Shown here: positions 48,894-62,254 of the stretch, piece after piece
How the letters are laid out: each line of letters begins with the position of its first letter
Position numbering within the stretch: position 1 is the stretch's first letter
Assembly: GCA_951406725.2 (NCBI GenBank)
Contig: OX597837.1
Span: 2,852,001-2,916,000, forward strand
Reading direction: 5' to 3'
Origin: Octopus vulgaris
Taxonomy: Eukaryota
DNA length: 64,000 bases
Made by a program: the position numbers and the translations under genes
The notes under the pieces: generated by a model
Seen by the model: the letters and a program-made list of their open reading frames with translations, nothing else
Told to the model about the DNA's origin: nothing
Database searches by the model: none

Positions 48894-50447
48894 ATGGATT
48901 TTCCTGAAGAATTACCAAAGGAGGTGAGAAAATCGTCATACCCCTGTGATATCTGTCACAAGACATTCTCTCTGAAAAGTACCCTTATTAATCATAAAAT
49001 TATTCACACAGGAGAGAAACCATATCAGTGTGATATCTGTGATAAATCATTCTCTCGACTACAAACCTTAATTAATCACAAACACATCCATACAGGTGAA
49101 AGGCCATATGGATGTGATACCTGTGGTAAATCATTCACCCTAAAAAATCACTTAGAAGATCATAAACGTACTCATACAGGTGAAAAACCATATCCTTGTG
49201 ATATCTGTGGTAAATCATTTGCAGCAAAACGCACATTAACAGGACATAGACGTATCCATTCAGGAGAGAAAGTGCATAGCTGTGTTACCTGTAGTAAAAC
49301 ATTCACTCAAAAAAGTGACTTAGAAGATCATAAACTTACTCATACAGGTGAAAAAGCATATCACTGTGATACCTGTGGTAAATCTTTTGCTACGAAAAGC
49401 ACGTTAACAGGACACAGGTGTATACATGTAGGAGAGAAAGCGCATAACTGTGATATTTGTGGTAAATCATTTTCCCGTGCACATCATTTAATTACTCACA
49501 AACACACCCATACAGGTGAAGGGCCACATGGATGTGATACCTGTGGTAAATCATTCACTCAAAAAAGTCACTTAGCAGATCATAAGCATACTCATACAGG
49601 TGAAAAACCATATCAGTGTGATACCTGTGGTAAATCATTTGCTGCAAAAGTCACATTAAAAGGACATAAACGTATCCATACAGGTGAGAAAGCGCATAGG
49701 TGTGATATCTGTGGTAAATCATTCTCCCGTACTCATCATTTAATTATCCACAAACGCATCCATACAGGTGAAAGGCCATATGGCTGTGATATCTGCGGTC
49801 AATCATTCACTCTAAAAAGTCACTTGAAAGATCATAAACGTACTCATACAGGTGATAAGCCATATCACTGTGATACCTGTGGTAAATCATTCTCTCAGAC
49901 TTATAGCCTAACTCGCCACATACGTATTCATACAGGTGAGAAACCATATCAGTGTGACATTTGTGGTGAATCATTCTCAGACAGAGGTAATCTAACTAAA
50001 CACAAGTTTATTCATACAGGTGAGAAGTCATATCGCTGTGATATCTGTGGAAAATCATTCTTTCAAAAAGTACATTTACTTTCTCACATACGTATGCATA
50101 CAGGAGAGAAACCATATCACTGTGATATCTGTGGTAAATCATTCTCGTATGGAACGGGATTAACCGTTCACAAACGTATTCACACAGGAGAAAAGCCATA
50201 CAACTGTGATACCTGTGGTAAATTGTTTTCTCGAAGATCTGGCCTAATTAGCCATGTACATATTCATACAGGTGAGAAGCCATATCACTGTGATATCTGT
50301 GGAAAATCATTCTCTCAAAGCTCTGTCTTAATTAGACACAAAATTATTCATACAGGTGAGAAGCCATGTCACTGTAATATCTGTGGTAAATCATTCTCGC
50401 TAAAAATTCAGTTAAGTAAACACAAATACTCTCATACTGGACAGTAG
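48894..50447 (+). CDS. Poly-C2H2 zinc finger protein (ZNF gene 5), 18 fingers; close paralog of gene 4
   Basis: 517-aa ORF; first ~125 aa nearly identical to gene 4. Confidence 0.93.
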   Translation: MDFPEELPKEVRKSSYPCDICHKTFSLKSTLINHKIIHTGEKPYQCDICDKSFSRLQTLINHKHIHTGERPYGCDTCGKSFTLKNHLEDHKRTHTGEKPYPCDICGKSFAAKRTLTGHRRIHSGEKVHSCVTCSKTFTQKSDLEDHKLTHTGEKAYHCDTCGKSFATKSTLTGHRCIHVGEKAHNCDICGKSFSRAHHLITHKHTHTGEGPHGCDTCGKSFTQKSHLADHKHTHTGEKPYQCDTCGKSFAAKVTLKGHKRIHTGEKAHRCDICGKSFSRTHHLIIHKRIHTGERPYGCDICGQSFTLKSHLKDHKRTHTGDKPYHCDTCGKSFSQTYSLTRHIRIHTGEKPYQCDICGESFSDRGNLTKHKFIHTGEKSYRCDICGKSFFQKVHLLSHIRMHTGEKPYHCDICGKSFSYGTGLTVHKRIHTGEKPYNCDTCGKLFSRRSGLISHVHIHTGEKPYHCDICGKSFSQSSVLIRHKIIHTGEKPCHCNICGKSFSLKIQLSKHKYSHTGQ

Positions 50448-50556
50448 CCGTATCACTGTGATGTCTGTGATAGATCATTCTCTCAAACAAGGCAGATACC
50501 CTATCTGTGATATTTGCAGTAGAAATACTGATGTAGCTAAGCCAACTGCATTCATA

Positions 50557-50850
50557 GTGGAGGCATATGGCCTAGTGGTTAGAGCAGCGGACTCGCGGTC
50601 GAGGGATCGTATGTTCGAATCTCAGACCGGGCGATGTGTGTGTTTATGAGCAAAAACACCTTAGCTCCACGCGGCTCCAGCAGAAGGTAATGGCGAACTT
50701 CTGCTGACCCTTTCGCCACAACTTTCTCTCACTCTTTCCTCCTGCATCTTGCAGCTCACCTGCGATGGACCGGCGTCCCATCCAGGTGGGGAACCTATAC
50801 GCCACGGAAACTGGCCCTTATGTGCCAGGCACGGCTCGAGAAGAAACAAA
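50557..50850 (+). mobile_element. tRNA-derived SINE (another family) with TSD
   Basis: TGGCCTAGTGG A-box, GTTCGAATC B-box; flanking duplication AACTGCATTCAT. Confidence 0.8.
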
Positions 50851-51929
50851 CTATAACTGCATTCATGATATGTCAGTCATTAAAACAGTACAATGAAATA
50901 GATGATATGTCAGGTAGGCAGTCATTAAAACCATCCACCAAAAATGGAAAATAAAAGTGAAGTGTTTTTCCTGACTCATTGAGGATTTTGAATGAAGCTT
51001 TCCCTTTTGTTGTGGTAGCATTAATTATTAATTTATTAAATATATTGTATTGGTTATTGATTGATTAGCTGTTATTAAAATGACTTGTGTTTTAACAAGA
51101 TTGAATTGTTGTTCACTTTCGTTTTCCATTTTATTGAATTCAATTATGTTTAACATTTACTTATTTTCGTTATCTTTATATTTGCAATCTGATTCGTTCT
51201 CTCTTATGAACATTCACTAAAACTGTGCTTACTCCAATGCAACTTAAATAGAGCTAACACATTCAGCTTCAGACTGGCACCAGTTGAGAAAAGAAAAAGA
51301 TGAAAAGTATTCCAATTATTTCTAAATTGAAGTTATTAAAATTAATGTAAGATGCATTTTATTCCAATATAATACAATTCACAAAAATTTCTACTTTTGG
51401 GAACAATACAATTTATGACCATTAAAAATCACAGTTGGTGCCAGAGGTCTTAACCTGAAAAGTGCACAGCCTCACCTCCTGGTATTTAAGCCATCTACCT
51501 CAAGAAATTAAAGAATTTCTATTCACATTTTTAATACGATTCCCTCTAAGATTAATAAAGTTTCACCAAGAGCTCATAGTCTGTTTATAACCTTTTTAAA
51601 TATCTCAATATTAGAACATTACCATGGATTAAAATGTCCAACTGCTGTTTCTCCTTTTTCGTCTCCAGTAGCATCTGTATTGTTGGATCTTAATTCGATG
51701 CAAGCAGCTACTCTTTAACTGGAGAGGTCAAACTTTTACATGCTGCATGGAATTATTCACCTCACTGAGGGGCATACAGTCGTTCTTTCTCTCCTGCCTC
51801 TTCATTGACCCACAGCTGGTATCATAGACATTTTGGTGCTGCTGTCCAGAAATGTACTCAACCATGTACTTATTTGAGTCAGGGAAACGCCACAGTGGGA
51901 CACTGAGCACAACAGCTGTTCCCTGTTCG

Positions 51930-52345
51930 TACCCTCATAATCGTGGTTTTTCATCGAGGACTTGAAGAAAGGCTGAAGATGCTCGACCTTTATTCTCTAG
52001 AAAAACGACAACGCCGTGCTGATCTCATTCTTGCTCACAACATCATAAGCGGAAAGTGTAACCTCTCGAAAGAGCTGTTCTTCACTCTTGCTCCAGAGCG
52101 TCGGCTACGGGGTCACTCCGAAAAGCTCTATCTGCGACGATTTCATCTCAATCGAAGTAGAGGGGCTTTCTCCGTCCGGGTTGCGGATCCGTGGAATAAG
52201 CTGCCGGACGAGATAGTGAAGATGCCAATGACCACTCGGTTCAAAGTCTCTCTTGGCCAGAAATGGCCTGAACTCTTTGCATGAACACCCTCCCTGTACA
52301 TAACTTCATGTCCCCCTACATGGCCTTGCTTTTGCTTTTTAAGCC
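51930..52345 (+). mobile_element. 5'-truncated CR1/L2-like LINE (second family)
   Basis: EERLKMLDLYSLEKR.RRADLI..LRGH..KL..FSVRV..WNKLP. Confidence 0.85.
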
Positions 52346-53021
52346 AAAAAATTAACTTAACTTTTTCTTGAGTTTGGTGCTGCCTGCAGTATTTGGCCAG
52401 TTAAATTCGCCAGAAAGAAACCTTTCTGCAATCACCTTACAAGCTGTGAATCACTCGCCTATACAGACGTATGGTCAAATCTCTCTTTCTTTGGATTTAG
52501 CTCTGCAAAGAGATTTCAAATGGATTTCCATCATCACTGACCTGCCTTACCCAATCCTCAGTGCAAATTTTCTGCATCATTAATCTCTTTTTGTTGATGC
52601 TTGTAAACAGTGGCTTTTAGACAGTACAACAGAATTTGCTATTTTTCGACAAAAGTCGAGTACTCCGTCGGTTAGCCTGGTATTCTTTATCACAGCGACT
52701 GGAAACCCATCTCAATCAATTTGGCTCTGTGAAGAGATTTCAGATGGATTTTCATCATTGCCGACCTGCCTTATGCAATTGTCGACGCACATTTTCTGCA
52801 TCACTACTCTTTTTTTCATTGATGTTCATAAGCAGCAGCTTTTAGACAACACAATAAGATCTTGCTACTTTTGGACAAAAGTCAAGTACTCTGTTGGATA
52901 GCCCAGTATTCTTTATTGCAGCAACTGGAAACCCATATCAGTCGATTTTGGACTCCTTCCTGAAGCTCACCCAGCTAAATTTCCAAGTGAGTAATCCTGC
53001 TCACTCTACAGAACATTGTGT

Positions 53022-53345
53022 GAGGGCGCGTGGCTTAGTGGTTAGGGCATTCGGCTCATGATCGTAAGGTTGTGAGTTCGATTCCCGGCGACGCGTTGCG
53101 TCCTTGAGCAAGACACTTTATTTCACGTTGCTCCAGTCCACTCAGCTGGCAAAAATGAGTTGTACTTGTATTTCAAAGGGTCAGCCTTGTCACTCTCTGT
53201 GTCACGCTGATTATCCCCGAGAACTACGTTAAGGGTACACGTGTCTGTGGAATGCTCAGCCATTTGCACGTTAATTTCACGAGCAAGCTGTTCCGTTGAT
53301 CGTATCAGCTGGGACCCTCGTCGTCGTAACCGGCGGAGTCTTTTT
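53022..53345 (+). mobile_element. tRNA-derived SINE
   Basis: TGGCTTAGTGG A-box, GAGTTCGATTCC B-box; flanking duplication ACAGAACATTGT. Confidence 0.8.
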
Positions 53346-54537
53346 TAAACAGAACATTGTATCTCTCTGATTAGTGCACTAGTGTTTTCACGTCCTCGTC
53401 GTTTTCCTCCAGAGAAGATCATCATCATCATCATCGTTTTAACATCTGTCTTCCATGCTAGCATGGGTGGGACAATTTCATAAGAGCTGGCCAGGCAGAA
53501 GCCTGCACCAAATTTCTGTGACTTTTGGCAGAATTCTTACAGCTGGATGCCCTTCCTGACACAAACCACTCAGCAGAGTGGACTTAGTGCTTTTTTATGT
53601 GGCACAAGCACTGGCGAGGTAGTTATAATAAGGCTTTTACTGCTGGATGCCCTTCCTAACACCAACCATTTTACAGTGTGGACTGGGTGCTTTTAAGTGG
53701 CACCTGCACTGACAGGGTCACCAAGTACTTGCAAGACAAAAGAAAAAAAGACTTTTGAGAGGGGTGGTAACATTGGATGAGGTAATCTTATGTTGAATGA
53801 TGAAAAGCTATACCTGGCCAGTAGGTGCTCATCATTCCAATAAGTTGGACTTGTAGTGACGTCATTCTTCAGTGTACGTGTGCGGGGCTGGAACCTTCTG
53901 GAAAGGCCTAAGGAAGTTCCCTAGTGCACATGCGCTAAAAACTGGGAACGAGAATTCTATGGCGTTCGTTGAAGAGAGAAGACGTGTTTAACGAGTTATC
54001 AGCCTTTTCTCCTGTCCCAGACGCTTGGGATGTGACCGGCTCTGTTGCTACTGGAATTGTTATGAGGTTTATCTTTACAAATGTTTAACTTCAGTCTTGC
54101 TGTACCTACACCAAGTGGTTACCAATTTACTAACGTACCTTCTTTATGTAAATAACGAAATAAAGTGTCATATTTTCTAAGGTTGCTTTCTTGTTCCTGA
54201 CACCGGCAGTTTTTGGAAACAAAGAAGGAAATTGTGTTGCACCCAAACAGTGCAAAAGACCCAACCTGTTCCAGACAGATCCTTTACCGACTAAAAGAGA
54301 ATCCCAAATCCAACATTTATCAAATTTTGGAGAGAAAAACCTATCACTTACCACGAATAGGCATAACATTCAATAAGTGTGGACAAAAGTCCTACTAATT
54401 AAGTGAATACATCAGGAGCCAATAATATATATTAGAAAAAGCGGAAGAGGAGCAACCATGATGAGTCACTTTCCCAGGTCTAGTATACGGTGATTCACCC
54501 ATAGGAAGAGAAGCAATCAAGAAGAGCAACTTTCCCA

Positions 54538-54885
54538 GTATCGATCTATTGCATTTTAATCTGTTTTAGGGTTAGGGGTGGGGGGAAGGTATCTTTTTTT
54601 TCTTCACAAATGTAAATAAACCTGATCTGTTTCTTAAACGAGGGACATATTCATACGGCACAGAATGTTTTTTTTTTTTACCTCAATAGACGTCATTGAT
54701 TGGTTGAAATTGCAGAAATTGAAGAAGAAAAAAACAACAAATATCTTACAAACTATAGAATTTTCTCAATATAGCCAAGAGAAAAATATGTTTTATAAAC
54801 ACATTGTACCAGTATACGAAGTTTTAAAGTGTTTAGTTTCGTGGAAATTATTTTAAAAAACTGCCGTTCAAACCGAAAAGATCTT
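54538..54885. mobile_element. One-ended GGATCT-family MITE
   Basis: Body match; right terminus TCAAACCGAAAAGATC. Confidence 0.8.
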
Positions 54886-54937
54886 TAAAATGTCTCCTTT
54901 AGAAAATACTCAACGCAAACTAGACGCTTTCATTGAA

Positions 54938-55148
54938 GTAGTATTGAGTTCGAAAGTGCGGCTCGAAATATAAAGTCAGCAGCACTTATTCATTGTGACA
55001 AATTATGATTTCACTGTGGAAGAAATTAGCAGTTTCTTGACTAAGTTGATAAAATATTGGTAAAGCTCGTTCTAAGAGTCAGATATCTACTTTGGTAGTT
55101 TTTGTGGAGACGTATAAGACGTTAACTCACTGTTTACATTTGGAAACG
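54938..55148 (+). promoter_or_regulatory. Putative promoter and non-coding exon 1 of ZNF unit 6
   Basis: GTAGTATTGAGTTCGAAAGTGCGGC (core 54951-54962); donor AAACG|GTAAGC at 55148/55149; acceptor ends at 58153. Confidence 0.58.
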
Positions 55149-55246
55149 GTAAGCTGAAAAACGTTGTTGTTATAATGTGTGTAATTAATTTCTTTCAGAT
55201 TCAGTAATTATATAAATGTGAAAACACATTCCCGACAAGAATGCAG

Positions 55247-55656
55247 GGATCTTTTCGGTTTGAAAGGCAGTTTTTAACATAATTTCCACGTAACTAAACA
55301 CTTTTAAACTTCGTATACTGGTAGAATGTGTTTATATAACATCTTTTTCTCTTGGCTAAATTGAGAAAATTCTATAGTTTGTAAGGTATTTGTTGTTGTT
55401 TTTCAGTTTCTGCAATTTCAACCAATCAATGACGTCTATTGAGGTAAAAAAACATTCTGCGCCGTATGAATATGTCCCTCGTTTAAGAAACAGATCAGGT
55501 TTATTTACATTTGTGAAGAAAAAAAGATGCCCTTCCTCCCCATCCCTAACCCTAAAACAGATTGTAATGCTATAGATCGATACTAGGGTCATAAATATGG
55601 GTGACAATTTCATATGACACCGCTAGAAAAAACTGCCGTTCAAACTGAAAAGATCC
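55247..55656. mobile_element. GGATCT-family MITE with 8-bp TSD
   Basis: TSD GAATGCAG on both sides. Confidence 0.9.
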
Positions 55657-56135
55657 GAATGCAGTTAATAATATTGAACTGAAAATATATAAGTTTTATG
55701 AAAAAATATCTCCATGTTCCAACGTTCACGCACACAGTAATATTTTCAAATTGAAATGGTAATATCTAATTTTGAAAATAGTCTTCAAAAATAACTTGGA
55801 AACGAAAAACTAGAAACTAATTGACTGTTATATTAACAAAACGAAAATATTTCCTTTGTAAATGTTCCCAGTTTTAGGTTTTGGCTTGAATAGTCACAAG
55901 GTCATTCAAAACAGAGATGCCACATCAAATAAGGAGATAGATAACATTGTCCCATTCAGTATTGGATGAAGTTGCGAAAAACAAATGTAAGAGCATCTGG
56001 AATGATTTATCTCAGCCATCAGCGATCTAGCTTCTCTCTTGTATAATTACGTAGAAGAGTAGATATGATACTTCTTACAAAGAATGATTTACAACATATA
56101 GCACTATCATATTGCTTCCTTTCCGTATGAATGCA

Positions 56136-56211
56136 GCGATCCTTCGGTATAGGTACCGGAAGTGGCTTTGTTTACATTTCTGAAGATAACAGAAACCTTT
56201 TTCTCCTAACC

Positions 56212-56271
<60 letters not shown>

Positions 56272-56313
56272 ACTTTCTTGAAATGTATCCTGTACCTATA
56301 CCGAAGTTACGCC
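56136..56313. mobile_element. Small MITE (family of 1963-2123) with a (TA)n expansion
   Basis: GCGATCCTTCGGTATAGGTAC..GTACCTATACCGAAGTTACGCC. Confidence 0.75.
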
Positions 56314-56766
56314 AATAATACATTTATTAATTGTTAGGTTACGGGTTTCAGATGCATTTTATTTTGTTAATGTTTTTTTTTTCTTTATTCATAATATTTC
56401 TTGTTCGATATGTAATCGTAGCACTGATGAAAACGACTTTGATTATAGGCTGCTCAGCTACGGCTGATTTGGCGAGAAAACCGCAAGAATGAACCAATGA
56501 GATGGAAACTGTAGTCACTCAACCTTCATGAAATAGCAGCTAAATGTCTTTCATATTCCACTTAATCATTTTAAAGAGGATGACAAAGTGTAGGATTGGA
56601 CACTAGACAACGTATTCTTAGATACACGATGGCAGTGTTGTGATGGAATGTGCTTGGTCATATATCTGCATAGTAAGGAATGACCAGGGATTACGTAACC
56701 GTGACAATGGATGAGAGGAGAATGCTATTGTCCTCCATTCAGTAAATTTTGGTATTGTGAATATAA

Positions 56767-56935
56767 GCGTGGCTGTGTGGTAAGTAGCTTGTTTACCAAA
56801 CCACATGGTTCCGGGTTCAGTCCCACTGCGTGGCACCTTGGGCAAGTGTCTTCTACTATAGCCTCGGGCCGACCAAAGCCTTGTGAGTGGATTTGGTAGA
56901 CAGAAACTGAAAGAAGCCAGTCGTATGTATGTATG

Positions 56936-56973
<38 letters not shown>

Positions 56974-57172
56974 TGTGTGTGTTTGTCCCCCTAGCATTGC
57001 TTGACTACCGATGCTGGTGTGTTTATGTCCCTGTAACTTAGCGGTTTGGCAAAAGAGACTGATAGAATAAGTACTGGGCTTACAAAAGAATAAGTCCCGG
57101 GGTCAAGTTGCTCGATTAAAGGCGGTGTTCCAGCATGGCCGCAGTCAAATGACTGAAACAAGTAAAAGAGTA
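56767..57172 (+). mobile_element. tRNA-derived SINE
   Basis: Family match. Confidence 0.85.
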
Positions 57173-57787
57173 GATTAAATGTTAGGTGTAATATTTTATG
57201 TTGTGGGACTGAGTAAGGATACACATACACACACACCGATTGAAGTATAACGTACAAGTGGTATCACAAATAGTTGAATAGTATAGTTTTTAGGTAGCAT
57301 AGTGTGATATATATTTCTTAAATATTATGTAAAACCAAACCCTGCAAGTTATAAAATTTAATACATGTTGATGTTAGCAGTGGTACCTGGTATTTCAATA
57401 TTTCAGGTGTAGGAGTCTTTCTTGGGGAAATTTATGGAGAAAAAGTGTTTGTTAGCTGATGTCTTTGTAGTGTGTGTGAAGGAAGGTTTGATTTGTATTG
57501 CTATTAGTCTCCAATCGGCTATACGCAAATAGAACAACTCCATCTGGTATGGACAGTGGAATGAGAACAATGTATCCCTGTGGATTTTATAAAGGGTTCA
57601 ATACCAGACCCAGAACGTTTCTGAATGTGAGAGGCACCTGAAGAAGTCCTGAAGGTACAATGACCAAAGACACTAGTCCAGATATAATGTATAATCAACA
57701 GTATTTATTGTAATATATGTAATCTACAGGTGTATGTGTAGTTTGTAAATATGTAAACTTCACACTATTTTGTATGATGATATATAA

Positions 57788-58006
57788 CCCTTTAGTATTT
57801 AAACCTGTGATATCCGGCCAAAATATTTAATCTGTTTTATGTTCAAACTGACCAGATCCAGGCTCTCACACCTACCCTACAATGTTATTCTATATTAAGT
57901 AATTACACCATCAAGATCTTGAAGATGTGAGATAATGCATGATTAATTCAAATCAATGGGAATCAATAAGCATTATGTTTGATAGAATAATCTGAACAGT
58001 AAAGGG
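57788..58006. mobile_element. piggyBac-type MITE
   Basis: ATAA|CCCTTTAG..GTAAAGGG|TTAA; inverted relative of 13533-13752. Confidence 0.8.
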
Positions 58007-58470
58007 TTAAATAGCATGTTCTAAAGTGAAGTTCACTTCTTGAGGTGGAAGTTTACAGTTTATCCGTATAGAATTGTTGTAAAATTTCACTATTGAATCT
58101 CAATTTTTTTTTAATTATCTTCAATACCTTACACTATTTCTCTATCGTTTCAGAATACCAGAATATTTGGCCTTAAAGATATATCATCAATATATCAATA
58201 TATATTTCCATTTACTGTCAAAGGAAGATTTTATGCAGAAGAGCTACAACTGTTTCTATAAATTTATCATGGAGTTACTGAAAGTTAGTTCTTTAGAGTG
58301 AGACGTTTCTTATCATTGTCTACAAGGTGTACGAGACGATTTTATATTCCAACTAAATTTGGACAGATTTTCCAATGAGTTCGCTACCATTTTGTGATAC
58401 CAACAGGGACAACAGTTGATGGAAATATTGCTGTAGAAGTGTTTGCATCAGTTCTGTAATAATTTATAGA

Positions 58471-60005
<1,535 letters not shown>

Positions 60006-60017
60006 CCTTTGGCATGC

Positions 60018-60414
60018 ACTCTTTTCTACTCTTTTTACTTGTTTCAGTCATTTGACTGCGGCCATGCTGGAGCACCACCTTTAATCGAGCAACTCGACCC
60101 CAGGATTTATTCTTTTGTAAGCCCAGTACTTATGTTATCGGTCTCTTTTGCCGGACCGCTAAGTGACGGGGACATAAACACACCAGCATTGGTTGTCAAG
60201 CAATGCTAGGGGGACAGACACACACACACACATATATATACACATATATACGACGGGCTTCTTTCAGTTTCCGTCTACCAAATCCACTCACAAGGCTTTG
60301 GTTGGCCCGAGGCTATAGTAGAAGACACTTGCCCAAGGTGCCACGCAGTGGGACTGAACCCGGAACCATGTGGCTGGCAAGCAAGCTACTTACCACACAG
60401 CCACTCATGCGCCT
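60018..60414 (-). mobile_element. tRNA-derived SINE immediately after the unit 6 stop
   Basis: Family match, antisense. Confidence 0.85.
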
Positions 60415-61018
60415 ATTTATAATCTCTGTGAAAAGTCTTTAATGAAGGTGGTTGAATGAAATATCACTTTCTGTCATTTTCTGTAACAAGTGACTCATCT
60501 ACTTAGAAACATTACATTGTGTGAGGTGGGTCGCAAAGGAACAGAGGCATCATGCCACAACAGATAAAATGTTGGTACAGTCCTGTGACTTTCCAGCTCT
60601 TGTCAAACCATCCGACCCATGCCAGCATGGAAAATGAATGTTAAATGATGATAATGATAGCATATTTTGATTATGTCATACTTTGCAATCTGATTCATTC
60701 TGAGTTTTGCTTATTCCAACAAAAATAGAGCTAACGCATTTAACCCCAGGTTGGCTTTGATTGAGATCAAAGTATCATGAATAACATTCCAACAGTTTTC
60801 AAATTCAAATTTCAACTGAAATTAAAAAAAAAAAACTTCAAATCAGAATTAACAAAATTTATGATGTTTTATTCCAATACTATTTATGAATTATGAGAAT
60901 ATATATTGTAATAAAAAAAATCTGTTTTTTAATTGGTTTGGAGTATGTAACTGTTACAATAAGAATGCAATTAAAATCTACAATATCTAGCAAATTGTTA
61001 TAAATTGCCATTTTAATA

Positions 61019-62254
61019 TCAGGCTGAGTAAAAAGTAAGCAACGTTTTGAAACATGAAATTTATCACAATATATTTCAACAATGTGGAAATTTTATTCAT
61101 CTAAGTAAGCATCGTTACTATCAACACATTACAAGTTTGTTTTTTCTGGTAACATAAAAATCTGGAGTTCTGGAGCTGATGAACTCTTTGAAAGTATCTT
61201 CAGCATCGGTTTGATTTTTGAACTCCTTCTCTCGCAGGACACCATCAAGGTGCTTGAAAAAGGGGTAGTTGGTAGGAGAAAGGGCTGGGGAAGAACTTCA
61301 TAGCCAAGTTCCCTCAACTTCTGGAGTGTCGTTAGTGAAACGTGTGGTTGAGCACTTAGCACTCATGAAGAATTATTGGCCCTCTTCTGTTGACCAATGT
61401 GGGATGGAGGAGTAGCAGTTTTTTTTTGTTCATTTTGGAAAATTCATGGCAATATGTTTCTGCAGTAATGAGTTTTCTGGGTTTTAAGAAGTTATAGTGG
61501 ATGAATCCAGCAGTACATCACCAAATAGTCACCATAACCTTCTTTTTGAAGGGCTCAGGTTTAGAGAAGGTTTTCGGTGCTTCCTTTTGGTCCAACCACT
61601 GTGAAGAACGCTTTTATTATTGTACAGAATCCACTTTTCATCGCAAGTTACAATACGGTCGAGAAATGGATTGGTCTGGTTACGAAGAAGAAGCAATGAG
61701 CAAATTTCACATCTGCATTTTCTGATTTTCATTGAAATTGTGTGGATTTGTTGAGCTTTTTTGATTTTACGATCACATGGAAATGGTCGCAGGCGATTTT
61801 CTGTTTAATTCGAAATTTTTTTTGCCAGTTCTCAAGTGGTTTTACATGGATCTTTCTCGGTGGTGGTCTTTAATTGACTGTCATTGATGACAGATGGGCG
61901 TCCACTATGCTCATAAACTTCCAGGCTCAGTTCTTCACTGTTAAATTGTTTAAACCATTTTTGAGCTGACCACTCGCTGGTCATTTCCTCATCAAATATT
62001 TCGTTGATATTGCGATCAGTTTCATTTGCTTTACATCTTTTTTTGATGTTGAATATCACGCTTTGACAGTTCCATTTCAGATTGTAAGAACAGTAAAAAA
62101 AAAAAAATATCAATGTTAATTTATTGATTCATTTGGGTAAGCCCATGTCTGTGTTATCAGACAATTGCAAAAATATATTTTTAAAAATTTCAAACCTGCA
62201 AAAATCCAATACAAATTCTTCATGGTTCAAAATGGTGCTTTTTATTCAACCTAA
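61019..62254 (-). mobile_element. Degenerate mariner (DD34D-type) transposon, ~1.24 kb
   Basis: TA-flanked terminal repeats TCAGGCTGAGTAAAAAG / CTTTTTATTCAACCTAA; WFKQF...L...EHSGRP, FLDRIVTCDEKWILYNN, LQKLRELGYEVLP. Confidence 0.88.

Larger units (their letters stand above)
51640..54200 (+). mobile_element. Decayed Gypsy LTR retrotransposon (gag end, protease, RT start, 3' LTR) with nested insertions
   Basis: WYHRHFG...QKCTQPC....GN at ~51817-51888; IQTYG..SLDL.L.R.F.W..I.D...PIL.A.FL in ORF 52368-52583; VFSRPRRFPPEK near 53385-53415; LTR start TGTAGTGACGTC at 53852. Confidence 0.75.

Noticed and set aside
50557-50635. tRNA gene (also 53022, 47470, 30129)
   Set aside because: A/B boxes continue into SINE bodies with tails or TSDs; no complete acceptor stem
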